Part shown: positions 40,065 to 58,042 of the stretch, piece by piece
How the letters are laid out: each line of letters starts with the position of its first letter
Position numbering within the stretch: position 1 is the stretch's first letter
Position numbers and translations under genes: made by a program
Notes under the pieces: model-generated
The model's database searches: none
What the model was told of the DNA's origin: nothing
The model's input: the letters and a program-made list of their open reading frames with translations, nothing else
NCBI GenBank assembly: GCA_951406725.2
Contig: OX597816.1
Span: 104,842,001 to 104,906,000 of the forward strand
DNA length: 64,000 nt
Direction of reading: 5' to 3'
DNA from: Octopus vulgaris
Taxonomy: Eukaryota

Positions 40065-40399
40065 TACGAGTCTTCGTGATATATGTTTTGTGTGAGGGAA
40101 TGAGTAAGTATTCTGTTCAACAGTGGTTGATGAGGTGAATTGTGAACAAAACATCTAATTGTTCCGCGAGATAACGAGAAGTAAAACTTCCATATTGTTT
40201 TTAAGTCATCCAGGACTATTTAATTTCTATAGACAAGAGTCATAGCACCAAATATCGTTTGATATATATCGCTTCCATAAACTGAGCTCCTATTGCCTAA
40301 GTACATGTGCGTCTATCTACTACTCCCTTTCTCTCTTTTCATTCATATAGTCGTACTGACACGTTATGCTTATATATATATATATATGACTATAAAGAT

Positions 40400-40710
40400 A
40401 CATGCGTAAGAAGCTTGCTTCCCAACCACATGGTTCAAAGCTCAGTCTCATTGCGTGGTATCTTAGGAAAACGTCTTCTATTGTAGCCACGGGTCGAATA
40501 AAGTCTTGTAAGTGGATTTGGTAGACAAAAACTGAAAGAATATTGTCGTGTGTATATGTGTGTGTGTGAGTGTGTGTATACATCATCACCCCTTGACAAC
40601 CGGTGTTGGTGTGTTTACGTCCCGTAATTTAGCAGCTCGGCATAAGAGACCAACAGAATAATACAAGGCTTAAAAAAAAATTCTGAGGTCGATTTGTTCG
40701 ACTAAAATAA
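40400..40710 (+). mobile_element. SINE family B, older
   Basis: GTAAGAAGCTTGCTTCCCAACCACATGG...GTGGATTTGGTAGAC...GTCGATTTGTTCGACTAAA. Confidence 0.85.
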
Positions 40711-40769
40711 TAAAAGAAAGAACATATACATACATGCAATATATAAGCACACACACACACACACACGCA

Positions 40770-41060
<291 letters not shown>

Positions 41061-41628
41061 GTATGTACATATTGCAATTTTGATTAGTATCATTTTTATT
41101 TCGCTTTTTATTTTTGATCTTGTTAATCTTGTTATTTTTCTTCATCATCTCAACGTTGTTGCTTTACGACCAGCTGTTTCAAACCTTTAAGGCTAGTTTG
41201 GTTGTTCTGGGCTTGTTTTCTTTTCTGTTCGCTTCGTAGCTTCCACATATTTCGACACCTGCACCAACAGCTCGAACAACAAACAGTAATATCCCGGTTT
41301 GTTCATCTAATTTACTGCGCAGTTTCTTTGATTATTCATGTTGTTATTATTATTATTATTATTAGTATTCCTGTTGCTATAATATATCCTTGTAGTATTT
41401 TCTGTCCTTTTTCTTGGCTTTTTCATATATTGTGCCAGTTGCTTACATCATAATGCAGTGATGTGTGAAAACGGTCTTCTGTTACTATGTTCTTCTCCTA
41501 GTATCGATAGTGTTATTCCCTATCACTGAGACTTGATAAAGTCATCATTGATGAAAATGCATGTAAAACAAATTCTTGTTCTAGCACTTCTATATATACA
41601 CAGATACACGCTTATATATATAAATTTA

Positions 41629-41678
<50 letters not shown>

Positions 41679-41715
41679 TACATATGCATATAAATATGCG
41701 TCGGCTATATATATG

Positions 41716-41773
<58 letters not shown>

Positions 41774-41842
41774 TATATATATATACATATATACATATGC
41801 ATATAAATATGTGTCGGCTATATAAATATACACATATACATA

Positions 41843-41903
<61 letters not shown>

Positions 41904-44160
41904 CACATATGTGTGTATGCATATGCATATATAAGTGGGGTAACATATAGTTTCGTGTGTATTTATATGCCTCACTATATATGGGTAAGTGTGCGTTTTG
42001 TGTAAGAGAGCCAGAAAAGGAGAATATGCTCATTGAACGCACATATATGAAAGAATTTATGTTTTTTACTTTTCTAATTCTAGCTTGTTAGCGAATTTGT
42101 TAATATCCTTTTCTTGATAATTTTCTACTGTGTGAAAGAGTTTTACCTTAGAATAGCATTCTATTATTTATACGAAGTTCTATACCTATAGTACAACACC
42201 ATCCCTTAGCAACGAAAACCTTCCTACAGAAGTCAATATTGCGATTTAGCATTGCTTACGAAGATATGTCTACTTGATATAATAAAGAGACTTAGTTTAA
42301 TGGATTAGATGTAGCTCCTGCATGAGGAAGGTATTGTGGTGGTATTTTACTTTAAAATCAGGTTACAAAAGGAAAACAGCTTTGTTATGTAGAATTAAAC
42401 TCAGATTATCATTTGAATGAAATAACAGATATTACTCAGGTAATGCAGCTAAACCAGTTTGGCTATGTTTTATTATTGATGAATCAACAGCTAATACTTA
42501 ATAATTTGCTTTGATTTTGTTGTAAAGAGAATAACCAGCAAGGAACAGGCCGAAAGGTTAGTTTGTCTATTAGATTATGCGATTATTGTTCCATCTCGTT
42601 AGCTGTAGCCTAGTCGTAAAACTATCAACTTGCAGATTAAGAGTTGCAGGATATGGTAACATATTGTAAGGGCATTGCGAGCATTAAATGAATCTCTGTT
42701 ATTTCGTCAAACATGTATTACGACCAACTTTTTTCTCATTTGCTAAAAACATTTAGATGACGCATCGATCAAATGAACATATCCCTAGGATGGACTTTGA
42801 TCTTAGTCTTTCTTGTGCAGAGCTTTGTTACCGTTAACTAATGTCATACTATATCACTGCACACGAGCCAATCGTTTTGGTCTGCTTAAAGTAGCAGCCA
42901 TGTGTCATTCAAATTATTCTTTTACAGTTAAAAAAATTTAGTGTAGCAAGGTTAATTTGTCGTCTGGTATAACACCATCACTTGCTACATTGGGTACTGT
43001 CTTAAATCTCCCTGACAGACATGATCGTCTTAACATAAATGTTTTTAAACACAGATCTGCTTAATTAAGGCAAAACTCAGATTAAAACAGCAGCAACAAT
43101 ACTATATAGTTTGTCGGAGTTCAAACCCTGTTGAAGTGTATGACCATATGATACTTGAACATGTTTAGAGAATCAAGCAAAATGTCAAAAAGAAGAAGTT
43201 AATAGGACAGGCATATCTTCTTATCTGAGGTGTTATCTGTTGTGTTTGAATTTTGAAATATTTTATCACCAGTATATTTCCTAACTATGTTATTGTTATT
43301 GATGTTGTTTAGGGCAAATAGACCCTGATCAAGTAGCTTGTTTCCAAGTAGCACATATGCAAATAATCAATTAATTGTAAAAACAGATATTTTCAGGAAC
43401 TGTGAAACCTAGGTGTTAGTGTTTTTCACTTTTCGACTATTTCTATGATATTAAATTACATGGTGTGAATTCAACGGGTTGATTAGAAAATGTTCGAAAG
43501 AGCAATTAAATCTCAGTCATACATAACTATTCCATCTCAAGCTCTTAAAAAGTCGAGATGATCACAGCTAAACTATCTTTTCTATCATATGTTCTCTCAA
43601 CACACCTTGATTTCATTCGACTAAAATGCCACACCATGGAGCCTGTCAGAAAATATACAGAGATTGGTGAACGTATTTTAAATAGCTTAATCAAAGGAAA
43701 ATATGCGTGCAGTGTTTATTACGTTTCGTCGGGCCTCCGAGCTTGGTGGGAGAAACAGGAAGAAATAGCAACCTTATTAATGTTGTTGTATTATCGCTTT
43801 TTAATGAGGGCTCTAGTTTTTAGAGGGAATGCCGGCAGTAATACAGAGCGTTACAAGAAGATAATATTGGTGTGACGGTAGTGTATTCCAACTGGTGTGT
43901 TGCTTGGGCACGAGCGCTAATATACCATGCCAGCCATTTGCATGTTGACACAAACCGGAAGTTGATTGAAATGATATTTTATTAGCTCCTGAAAGATGAA
44001 AGGGAAATTTGGCCATATTAGAATTTGAACTCGGACTGTAAATAACCAAAACAAATCCTACTAGAATTTTTTTTCCGGGAATTCTATAGATTCTACCAAT
44101 TCACTGACTTAATGTCAATCAGTATTCTTTTAAATAACTAGCTAAATACCGTATATAACT

Positions 44161-44170
44161 CAGCAGCAAC

Positions 44171-44268
<98 letters not shown>

Positions 44269-44280
44269 GAGGAGGAGGAT
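44161..44280. repeat. (AGT)n microsatellite
   Basis: Direct sequence. Confidence 0.97.
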
Positions 44281-45280
44281 ATGTTGTTATTGCTTTTGCT
44301 GTTATCGTTTATCAGTATCTATCCACCTACTATATATCTGATATGCAAACTGCACCAATAGCGGCAGCTGCAGTAGCAGCAACAGATCGATTCCAGTTAA
44401 TGATTACCGACAAGAATATAAAGGAAAACTGTTATTAAATGCCAGTATTGATGCAGTGACATTTTATAGAAATGCGGGAACTTTCCTAGTTGAAATGAGT
44501 CAAAGATTGTTTTCATTTATACAACAAATAAAGATTTCTTTTGTCTAAACACAATCGGTTTAGACGAAACCATTCTATTATCATCATCTAGGTAGTCGTT
44601 CAATTTGCTCGAAATAGCAACCAAATCTTGTTCGAATCAGAGATGGTCATGGTTGGAATGTACTTATGAACATAGGTTCTCTAAACAAGTGTTAACTTGA
44701 TGCTTTCTTTCTCAACTTGGTTTCACGAGAACGCTACAACATAGAACCTATCTGACACAAAATAAATAGAGATTGATGATTGAGTATTATATCTGTTGGA
44801 TTTCTTTTTCGTGCGGCTTAATCAAGGAAAGAATGGTAACATCGATAAATTTTGGTGGGGCCTTCGTGTCTCATACGAGAAAAGAAGATAAAAACAAAAC
44901 ACGACCTCAGAGTAAAAATACTGGTTTCAATGTTTGCAAAAAAGTAGACTCTGCTAAAGGTTCCTGCGGGTCGGAAGTTGGTGTTAGGATGGGTAATGGA
45001 TTAAGGCTATCACCTTTAATGCAGACGGTATAAAATGTGTTGCTCAAAATACCTACTGGTATTTGGTAAAGCCCTTGAATTCTGTGTTTTAATCCCGTCT
45101 ACGTCGAGTTTCACTTTGTTCCCTCCAAGCTTAATAAAATAAGTACCAATCTACTTGGTACTTTTGTCGATACAGTTACTTATTCTCTTGAAGGCAGCGC
45201 CTCAGTATAACTACAGTCTATACTACTGCTGCTGCCTGTGCTGATACTACTACAACTACTACTACGACTACTACTACTAC

Positions 45281-45328
<48 letters not shown>

Positions 45329-45360
45329 TAATAATAATAATAATAATGATAATAATAATA

Positions 45361-45427
<67 letters not shown>

Positions 45428-45435
45428 TAATAATG

Positions 45436-45506
<71 letters not shown>
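45281..45506 (+). repeat. (TAA)n array, 5' flank of the LINE
   Basis: Direct sequence. Confidence 0.97.
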
Positions 45507-48653
<3,147 letters not shown>

Positions 48654-48654
48654 T

Positions 48655-48856
48655 CTTTTCTACTATAGGCACAAGGCCTGAAATTTAGGGGGAGGAGGGC
48701 CAATCGACTAGATCGACCCTAGTACACAACTGGTACTTAATTTATCGACCCCGAAAGGATGAAAGGCAAAGTCAAAGCGGAATTTGAACTGGGAACGTAG
48801 CGACAGGCGAAATACCGCTAAGCATTTCGTCCAGTTCTCGCTAACAATTCTGCCAA
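48655..48856 (-). mobile_element. SINE family C
   Basis: Diagnostic motifs. Confidence 0.88.
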
Positions 48857-49071
48857 ATACCACTACTACTACAAATTTTTCATCTTTTAGTCAGCATTGC
48901 TCGTAACCTTTTATAGGGGCCCCGTTACTGGTAGCAGGTTGGAGGGAATGATTCCTCAGATGGAAGGCCTTGCGTAAATGCTTGAAATAACGTTGCTAGG
49001 TGTTGGTATGGCCTTGTGCCTATTGTAGAAAGGATTGGGGTTCGATTATTCGCTAGGGAGTCTTGTTATTT

Positions 49072-49254
49072 CAGGCGGCGAGCTGGCAATGTCGTTAGCA
49101 CGCCAGGCGAGATGCTTAGCGTTATTTCGTCCGATCTGAGTTCAAATTCCGCTGAGGTTGACTTTGCCTTTCATCCACTTAGGGTCGATAAATTAAGTAC
49201 CAGTGAAACATTGGGGTCGATGTAATCGATTAGTCCCTTGTGCCTATAGTAGAA

Positions 49255-49255
<1 letters not shown>
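49072..49255 (+). mobile_element. SINE family C
   Basis: AGGCGGCGAGCTGGCA...GAGTTCAAATTCCGCTGAGGTTGACTTTGCCTTTCATCC. Confidence 0.88.
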
Positions 49256-49310
<55 letters not shown>

Positions 49311-50135
49311 GTCTTTTATACAGCCATTATGACTACCTGTCTGATAAAGGTACATCAGGCACATGCATCACAACCATATGTGCACCACACGGTGATCTAA
49401 TATCAAGATAAACAACGCATGACCTTGCAGGTGGTGCCCAGTTAGAATTTTCTTCAGGCCGAGTAGCCCATCCCGCTCAAAAGGTCCTTGAATGAGACTT
49501 CTTTAAGGCATTCAAGTAATAACCACCCCAACATTTTGTATATAGTGGTATACGCTGCCTTCCCTTTTTAAAACAACAAAATATATTTTGTGTAAGCGTT
49601 GCTTACTACTATCTCCAGGAAGTGAAGCCAGCGTGTAGAGACTCCTTGTTACATTCCATTCTTTCTGGTTATATGCATCTTTAGTGGCTATTCAGTATGA
49701 TCTCTTTTTCCCTTTGGAAACATGTTCTTTGCTTCTAGAGAAAAATCTGTAAAGTGTATTTGACATTATAATGACAATGTGTGCGTTAGAATATAGACAG
49801 TAATTGTTGCAAATATATTCTCTCTCTTCTATATTTTAAGGTTGCCATGGATTGCACCGTGGCGTTTGTCAGTTCATTTTTTCTTTTTTTTTTCTTTTTT
49901 TTTTTATGGTGAGTCAAAGTTACACCAATAACTTTCAATCATAGCTGAAACGCTTATTTTTATATTTTACTTACTCTTACTCCTCTTTCTCTTCCTTCGT
50001 CTCTTCCTTCTCCTTCCACTTCTCCCTTCTTATTCTTTTCCTTCCTTCTTTTACCTTCTTCCGAACATAACTAAAATCATCTTACGTGACAGCTGTGTCA
50101 TGTGTTTATACACACACACACACGCACACACCCAT

Positions 50136-50185
<50 letters not shown>

Positions 50186-50262
50186 GAATTTATATATGTG
50201 TGTATGTGAATCTATGTGCATCTATATATTTATATATATATTTATGTATGTATGTATATATG

Positions 50263-50363
<101 letters not shown>

Positions 50364-50841
50364 GTATGCATATGCACACATATATACACATACGCACACA
50401 TGTATGTATATGTATGTAGGGTTATACGCATGTATGCATGGAGACATGCATTTTCAAGAATCGGTCACTAACAGAAATGACAAAACTTCTCTCTCCTACT
50501 TGACAAGTGTCTTACATATTTTTGCCATTCATCATATTGAGAATTTCTGAAGGTGTTCTTAAGTCATTTCATAGATTTGTATGTGATCCCTATGCTTTTC
50601 ATGTTTCGATGGCCTCATAAACATGTTGAATCGGCCCGATCACATTGGTGAATTTATCTTTTGCTGTACTATCGAGTCGAGAATCTAGTCGGCAGAGGTC
50701 TGACGTATGTATATGCATGTGTGTGCGCGCGTGAGCGCACGGGCGTGCGTATGTGTATATATGTATATGTATGTATATATGTATATATATATGTGTATAT
50801 ATATATACATATATCTGTGTGTATGTGTATGTGTGTGAGCG

Positions 50842-51093
50842 TGAGTGCGCATGGCCTAGTCGTTAGGGTGTTGCACTCACGATCGGGGAGTGCTTTGTGT
50901 TCTTGAGGAAAATACTTCTTATCGCGTTGCTCTGCGATCACTTCGACACTTCACATGTGGTACATTGTGTACCTGTTTAGACGACGTCTATTCGACGAAG
51001 AGAATGAGCTAATGTGCGGCACGAACATTTGATTACTATAAACAAGTCATTTGTGCAGGTCGTTCGGCAAAGCTGAACGACAGGAGAGTCCAT

Positions 51094-51095
<2 letters not shown>
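50842..51095 (+). mobile_element. tRNA-derived SINE with family A-like head and a different body
   Basis: GCGCATGGCCTAGTCGTTAGGGTGTTGCACTCACGATCG...TGTTCTTGAGGAAAATACTT. Confidence 0.7.
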
Positions 51096-51162
<67 letters not shown>

Positions 51163-51184
51163 GTCTTTCGCGACATCTTTAAAG

Positions 51185-51360
51185 CCCTACCTATCTTTTG
51201 TCCTAGAACTTATAGGCCGGTTACTTTGTTTCCATCATGTATAAGAGACCGAGATCTCATTCTCCCTATACAAGACACCACTCCGTCGTAGGTTTAATCA
51301 TTTACTGCTCAGTGGAGCAGAGCGATGTGCAATGTAGTGTTTTGCTCAAGAAAAACGCAT
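51185..51360 (-). mobile_element. Degenerate family A-related SINE
   Basis: TGTAGTGTTTTGCTCAAGAA is the reverse complement of the shared TCTTGAGCAAAACACT core. Confidence 0.55.
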
Positions 51361-52029
51361 AATGTGGCAGGTAGACACCAACTTCATTGGTGGTCATGTA
51401 TTCGGTATTTAGTGTTTTTTGTACTGGGAAACAGATCGAATTTGGCTGCAACATCTCCAAGGAATGTTAACAAATCATGCTTATGACAATTAATGAACTA
51501 TGAGCCTTAGACCGTCAGCATACTCAAGTTCAGTGACGCAGCGATACGTGCACTCGGACATTTTGATTTCTTGTGCTTGATTGTGAGATCTTCGTCTTAA
51601 ATAGTATTAATACTTTGCTCAAAGATGTAGTCCAGTTTCAATAACAAAGACAAAAAGAGTTACGATGTCTCTCTAAAAGTAATGGACCGTATGCGTGTGA
51701 GAGTGTGTGCGTGTGTGTTGACATATATTGTGTCATATCTTGCTTGTTACCGGGGACTGGGATCCCCTTTAACAGGCTGTTGGTATTAAATAAAGCGTGA
51801 AGAATAATGTAAGGCAGTAGATCTAGTCCCTTGAAATTACTGAATTCGTTGTACGTATAAACAGACTGGGTACTTGGATCTTGTCATATGAGAGACAAAT
51901 AGATGAGAGACAAATAAGAATCGATAATCGATTAAGGTTGTTTATTCTTTTTAAACTACGGAGAGGCAGTTAAATTTGTCATGTCTGTGTGTCTACTGCG
52001 TAGCTGTACACATGACACACACATATGTA

Positions 52030-52635
52030 TGTACTTACATGCACACTACATACATACATACATACGCACACATACGTCATACATACTAAATACGTAGTTG
52101 AATGCTACTTACATTCATACATACATACATACATACGTACGTACGTACGTACTTCATACATACTACTACATCTATACATACTACATACATACATACACAC
52201 ACATACATACTTCATACATACTACATATATAGATACATGCATACTACGTACATACATACTTCGTACATTCTACTACATACATACTACTATATGCATACAT
52301 ACTTCATACATACATACTTCATGCATACTACTACATACATGCATACTATATGCATACGTACTACATATATACATACTACATACATATACACACACATATA
52401 TACATACATACACACATACATACTTCATACATACTACATACACACATACATACTTCATACATACTACATACACACATACATACATTCATACTACATACAT
52501 GCATACTACATACATGCATATACATACATGCATACTACATACATACTACATACATATACACACACAGACATCCATCCATTTATACATACATACATACATA
52601 CATACATACATACATACATACATACATACATACTT
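52030..52635. repeat. Degenerate (CATA)n array with a ~30-bp higher-order unit
   Basis: CACACATACATACTTCATACATACTACATA repeated at 52411-52470, with variants on either side. Confidence 0.85.
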
Positions 52636-53241
52636 GTACGTCCATGTCTGTGTTTATATTTACCGCAGTATACCAGTATATCGAATTCTGACCATCGATA
52701 TAAAAAGAAAGGCTAATATAGTCTTTCGAAAAATTCCGATCCGTAAAGATATGCAATATGTATGGTAACCAATCTGATTGATTAAATGATCGCAGTTAAA
52801 CGTCTGAAACCAGTAAAAGAGCCCAAAAATGTATTCGTCAATTCGGAAAATTTCACCTCTGCTTTCTCTGTTAAGTTGCCTGATTCATATATTTATCAGT
52901 ATATATCGCCGCTATATTTTTGGTGGTATGCGTAAATATACATTTTCCAATCGATGGGTTATATTTTCTACGAGGTACAATACAAACTGTCTTACATGTC
53001 ATTGAATCTTTTATCAGGAGGATACTCGAAAAGCATCTTGCTGTAGATGATAATTGCAACAATTAAATTTGTAGCAGTGATCCGTAATATTGATACTAAT
53101 GTGGAATAAAATCGGAATTCATGGCCTATGTTCGAAAAATTGGTCCCTAAAAGAGCTAGTACAGGAATTCTGTGTTTAAATATGCGGAAGAGTGAAAATG
53201 ATGTTATCATTTGAGCTAAGATAAACCTCCACAGAGAATAA

Positions 53242-53471
<230 letters not shown>

Positions 53472-53581
53472 TAACGAAGGTGAAAAACCCGAAACTTTAG
53501 CTCCTTCACTACTCAGGTATTCGAATTCACCAGAATTTGTCTGTAGCATTTGATTCACTCTAACATACTATCTGTTATACC

Positions 53582-53813
53582 TATTTCTTTACTATCCACA
53601 AGAAGCTAAACACAGAGGGGACAAACAAGGACAGACAAACGGATCAAGTCGATTACATCGACCCCAGTGCGAAACTGGTACTTAATTTATCGACCCCGAA
53701 AGGATGAAAGGCAAAGTCGACCTCGGCGGAATTTGAACTCAGAGTGTAGCGGCAGACGAAATACCGCGTAGCGTTTCACCCGGCGTGCTAATGATTCTGC
53801 CAGTTCGCCGCCT
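53582..53813 (-). mobile_element. SINE family C, full length with 11-bp TSD
   Basis: TSD TCTGTTATACC at 53571-53581 and 53814-53824; tRNA-like head AGGCGGCGAACTGGCAGAATC and B-box GAGTTCAAATTCC on the minus strand. Confidence 0.95.
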
Positions 53814-55113
53814 TCTGTTATACCACGCTGGCTATTTTCAGTTTCATCATATCCACATTCGCCTGCTGCTGTAGTTCTTGTTTGTGCTGTTGTTGCTGTT
53901 TTGATTGATGTTGTAATTATTGTTGCTTACAAATACATTTCAAACATACTTTTCATCAAGCATACATTTCCCCTCACACATACATTTCATTACACATACA
54001 TTTCGTCCCTGCTCCAGTGCACATATGGTCAAACGTTTTTGAAGCTATGACCATCCTCGTATCTTGCATACCCACAACTATTGAATACGTTTTGTAATGT
54101 GTCCTACCACGTACAACATGTTAAGCTGCTGTTTGGGAGAAATCTGGCTGTCATTCCAAGCAGATTGAGTGTCAAGGCTTCCTCGATGGTTCTCTAGTGA
54201 TCCGTTGAGTCTATGATCAGAATAATTCACATTATTTTGCTAATATCTAATGCTTCAACAGCCACTATTATGTACGAATATTCTGTATAACTTATAATTA
54301 TGTGTATGCATTATATATGTATTATATTATAAGGAATAAGGACTCTAGTTTTGTAAATCGTTAAAGAGTCGTAAGAATATTTTAGTGTAATTATTCCAGT
54401 GTTTTATGTTCTTTACTTCTATCCTATGCGGTCAAATTCGCCTTTCATCCTACGAATGTGGATTAAATTAAATACCAAGGGTGACTTAATTGACAAACCT
54501 CTCCCTCAAAATATATAGCCTTCTGCTTATGTTAGGAATGATTATGACATAAAAACTAATATCATTATGATTATTAAAAGCAAGACAAAATCCTTATGGG
54601 ACAACTCATAACGATAGAACAAGTAGAATCTCATGATCATTTGAATGCCAGACAAAACGCAACGCTTACTTCCGACTCCTTTACGTTTGAAATTTGATTA
54701 AGCGACGACGACGCTTTTATGTAAGTTTCGTCACGTTATGAAATGATTACACGAAAAACACGAAACTGGGTAATGAGTTAGTCTCACTGACAAATACCAC
54801 AGCATTATGCATGTTTCTCCCACACTTAGTAGTGTTCAATCAATTTACGTTTTGGTTTACCAATTTTATTTAGATACCAGTTCTGTTTTGAATATCCCGA
54901 CAACTACGTCCACACCCATGTATACTTCTATAATGTATGTGTATACATGTAGATGTACATGCATGTGCTTCTGAGTGTGCGTGTGTGTGTGTGTGTGTGA
55001 ATTTACGTATGGATGTACATTCGTGTATGTATGAAGGTATATATGTAAGCATCCATGTATATATGCACGTATGGATGCATATATGTATACATGTTTGTAG
55101 TACATATCTGTGA

Positions 55114-55174
<61 letters not shown>

Positions 55175-55622
55175 CATACATACTTATATATATGTGTGTG
55201 TATGTGTGTTTGTGTATTTGTGTGTTTGTGTCTTTGTGTGTGTGTGTGTGGATATTTAGATAGTTCAGCATCATGCATGGAAGTACACCTTACTACAAAA
55301 ATTGATGCGTTCATATATTGATCAATGCGCCAATATATAGACGCATACACGCAAACACACACTCACACACACATACACACAAACTCATACACATGTTTGT
55401 ATGTATGTGTGTATGTATGTGTATATTGTGCATAATCTATCTGAATATATAACCATTTCCTGCAAATATTCTCTAAAGGCCAATATGAAAATTTAATCAT
55501 ACTATTATATAAGCGTTTGATTGTGGTGTACTTTCATTTAATCTAGAAACTGTATCTAAAAGTGTGTATGCATGCATATATGTGTGTATCTCTGTGTGCG
55601 TGTTTACGTATATCTATATATG

Positions 55623-55705
<83 letters not shown>

Positions 55706-55808
55706 GTGTGTGTATATATGTATATATTTTTATTGGCGTGTGCGTGTCTATGTAGTGGTGGTGGGAAGTTTGTGTGTATGTATGTACACAGATAGATAGA
55801 TAGATAGT

Positions 55809-55879
<71 letters not shown>

Positions 55880-56350
55880 CAATGGAAATTATATATAATT
55901 ATTTATACATGTAAAGACTTGTACAGATACAAATACACTTATATTGGTGGGGGTTGTGGTGTGTGTGTGTGTAATCATGTGTGTATATGTAGTTGTGATC
56001 GTGTTTCATGTGTTAATACATATCTAGATTTCTTGGTGAACTTTCAAGAAATCTGAGATCAATAAAGAGGAGAGATAGCTGTGAGGCATAACATCCAAGG
56101 ATCATGGATATCATTCATACGATGTAACATCACTTTGATGTTAAACTCTTCTCCCATTTTCCTGTTGTCTTTGAAGGATGCAAAATTCCCGCTGAAGCAA
56201 TCAATAAAAAAAATTACCCAGAATAAAAAGACAATTTTACGACCTTCCCCGATCTCACTATTATATCAGCTTGACATACACCTCCGCTCTACGTCATTAG
56301 CGTTGTCGGAAATAATTGTCCAAAGACGGATCTCTTTGAATTCCATGTAA

Positions 56351-56390
<40 letters not shown>

Positions 56391-56852
56391 AAAGTTTTTC
56401 AATCTGAAGAATAATGATAGTTATTGTGTATACAACTTTTCTTCTCATTCTCCACCACCACTTCACTCTCTCTCTCATTCTCTCTCTCTTTCTCAATCTA
56501 TCTATTTATCTATCTCTTTCTCTACCTCTCCAACACGCACGCACTCTCTTTCACTTTATATTTTGTATTTTGTCTCCCTATTTAATTCCTTTACCAATGT
56601 ATATAACCCCTCAAGTTTTTGGTTTGTTCTTTTAAAATAATACCTACAGACATATTGGAAGAATTTTTTAAAGATCTTTCATGAATAAGTGTCGGAATAT
56701 TAGTCTTGCACAGCTTAGGAAAGTATTGTTTCTTTCATATATTCATGTATGTATGTATGTAGGCATATATGTGTGTGTGCGTGCGTGTGTATGTATGTAC
56801 ATACGCATGTATATAAATATGTATGTATATACGTATGTATATATATATATAC

Positions 56853-56945
<93 letters not shown>

Positions 56946-56947
<2 letters not shown>

Positions 56948-58000
56948 TACACCGTAATACTACACCAGAGTTAAAAATACTCCTATGCATCTCCACGCAT
57001 AACCCTAGAAACAATGAAACCTTCAACATTATCATCCAAAATCTACCCATTCTCACAGGAGATAAAATAATGAACAAAAGTTTAGGAACACACAAAATTA
57101 TTAAGAGCAACATGCAACCAGAATCATTGAAAAAATATTAACCAACGCATGACTATATTCATTAACAACAGAACCAAAAGTGAAAAATGCGGTTGGCCTA
57201 ACTGTGGCATATGCTCCTACCTTTTGGAGGGTACAGATTTCCACTTTAAACAAGGTGAAATATTTAAGATAAAATCAAATTTTACCTGTGCCTCGGAAAA
57301 CCTAAGCTATGCTGTTACCTGGTTAGGGTGCAGTAATCAATATATTGGACAAACTGGAATATCACTCCGTCGAAGAACCACTCTTCACAAAGAACAAATC
57401 TGCCACCCACAATACAGACAGATACAGGTCAGTGAACACGTAGAAAGGTGTGCTAGGAAACTTAATCCTAACTTCCTAATTTTCCCCTTCTATCACTATT
57501 CACTGAACACCTCAGCACAGCAAAGAATGAACAAAGAGGCAACTTTCATTAATATATTTCATCCACAACTTAACATGAACACATAACATAATACAGAACA
57601 CTACTAATCTTACCAATAATACCACTAACTCCTATACATTCCATACACCATTCATATTACGGCATTATATCTAACCTAACTACACCACATCCAGAACTAC
57701 TTACCTCCTTTACACATAATCTTTTTACTCAGGGACTAGTAGACACAACACCGTTTGGTAATCGGTGCGCATTCAAAGCCAGTGAACAGTAATCGACGAA
57801 ACCGGTATGACTTTGAATCCCTTTAACAATTCATTATAATAACACGTATTCCTCTTAATTCTACCTCAGTTCATCTAATTGTATATATGTATCGGTACTT
57901 TTCATAAAAAAGCTTTTGTTGCTATCCAATGTACATTTTATTCTTATGCTCCCCATATCTTTTCAACGTGTAGTTGCTATTTTCTTTTTGAAACGTATTT
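56946..58000 (+). mobile_element. Penelope-like element 3' portion (linker, GIY-YIG endonuclease, UTR/pLTR) inside (TA)n
   Basis: ORF 57149-57586: CGWPNCGIC...NFTCASENLSYAVTWLGCSNQYIGQT..LRRR..LH...VSEH...KEATFI..FHPQLN; upstream ISTHNPRN linker. Confidence 0.92.
57771..57818 (+). ncRNA. Degenerate PLE hammerhead ribozyme
   Basis: ATTCAAAGCCA-GTGAACA-GT.AATCG.AC-GAAA-CCGG-TA-TGACTTTGAAT: helix I pairs 10/11, palindromic ACCGGU helix III, two substitutions in CUGANGA. Confidence 0.6.
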
Positions 58001-58001
58001 C

Positions 58002-58042
<41 letters not shown>

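Noticed and set aside
41161-41275. Two hammerhead-like remnants on the minus strand (GAAACAGCTGGTC; CTGTTGGTGCAGGTGTCGAAATATG)
   Set aside because: CUGANGA is absent or mutated; plausibly an old pLTR but not callable.
52680-53210. Possible very old PLE C-terminal relic
   Set aside because: Only scattered residue similarity; no convincing motif.
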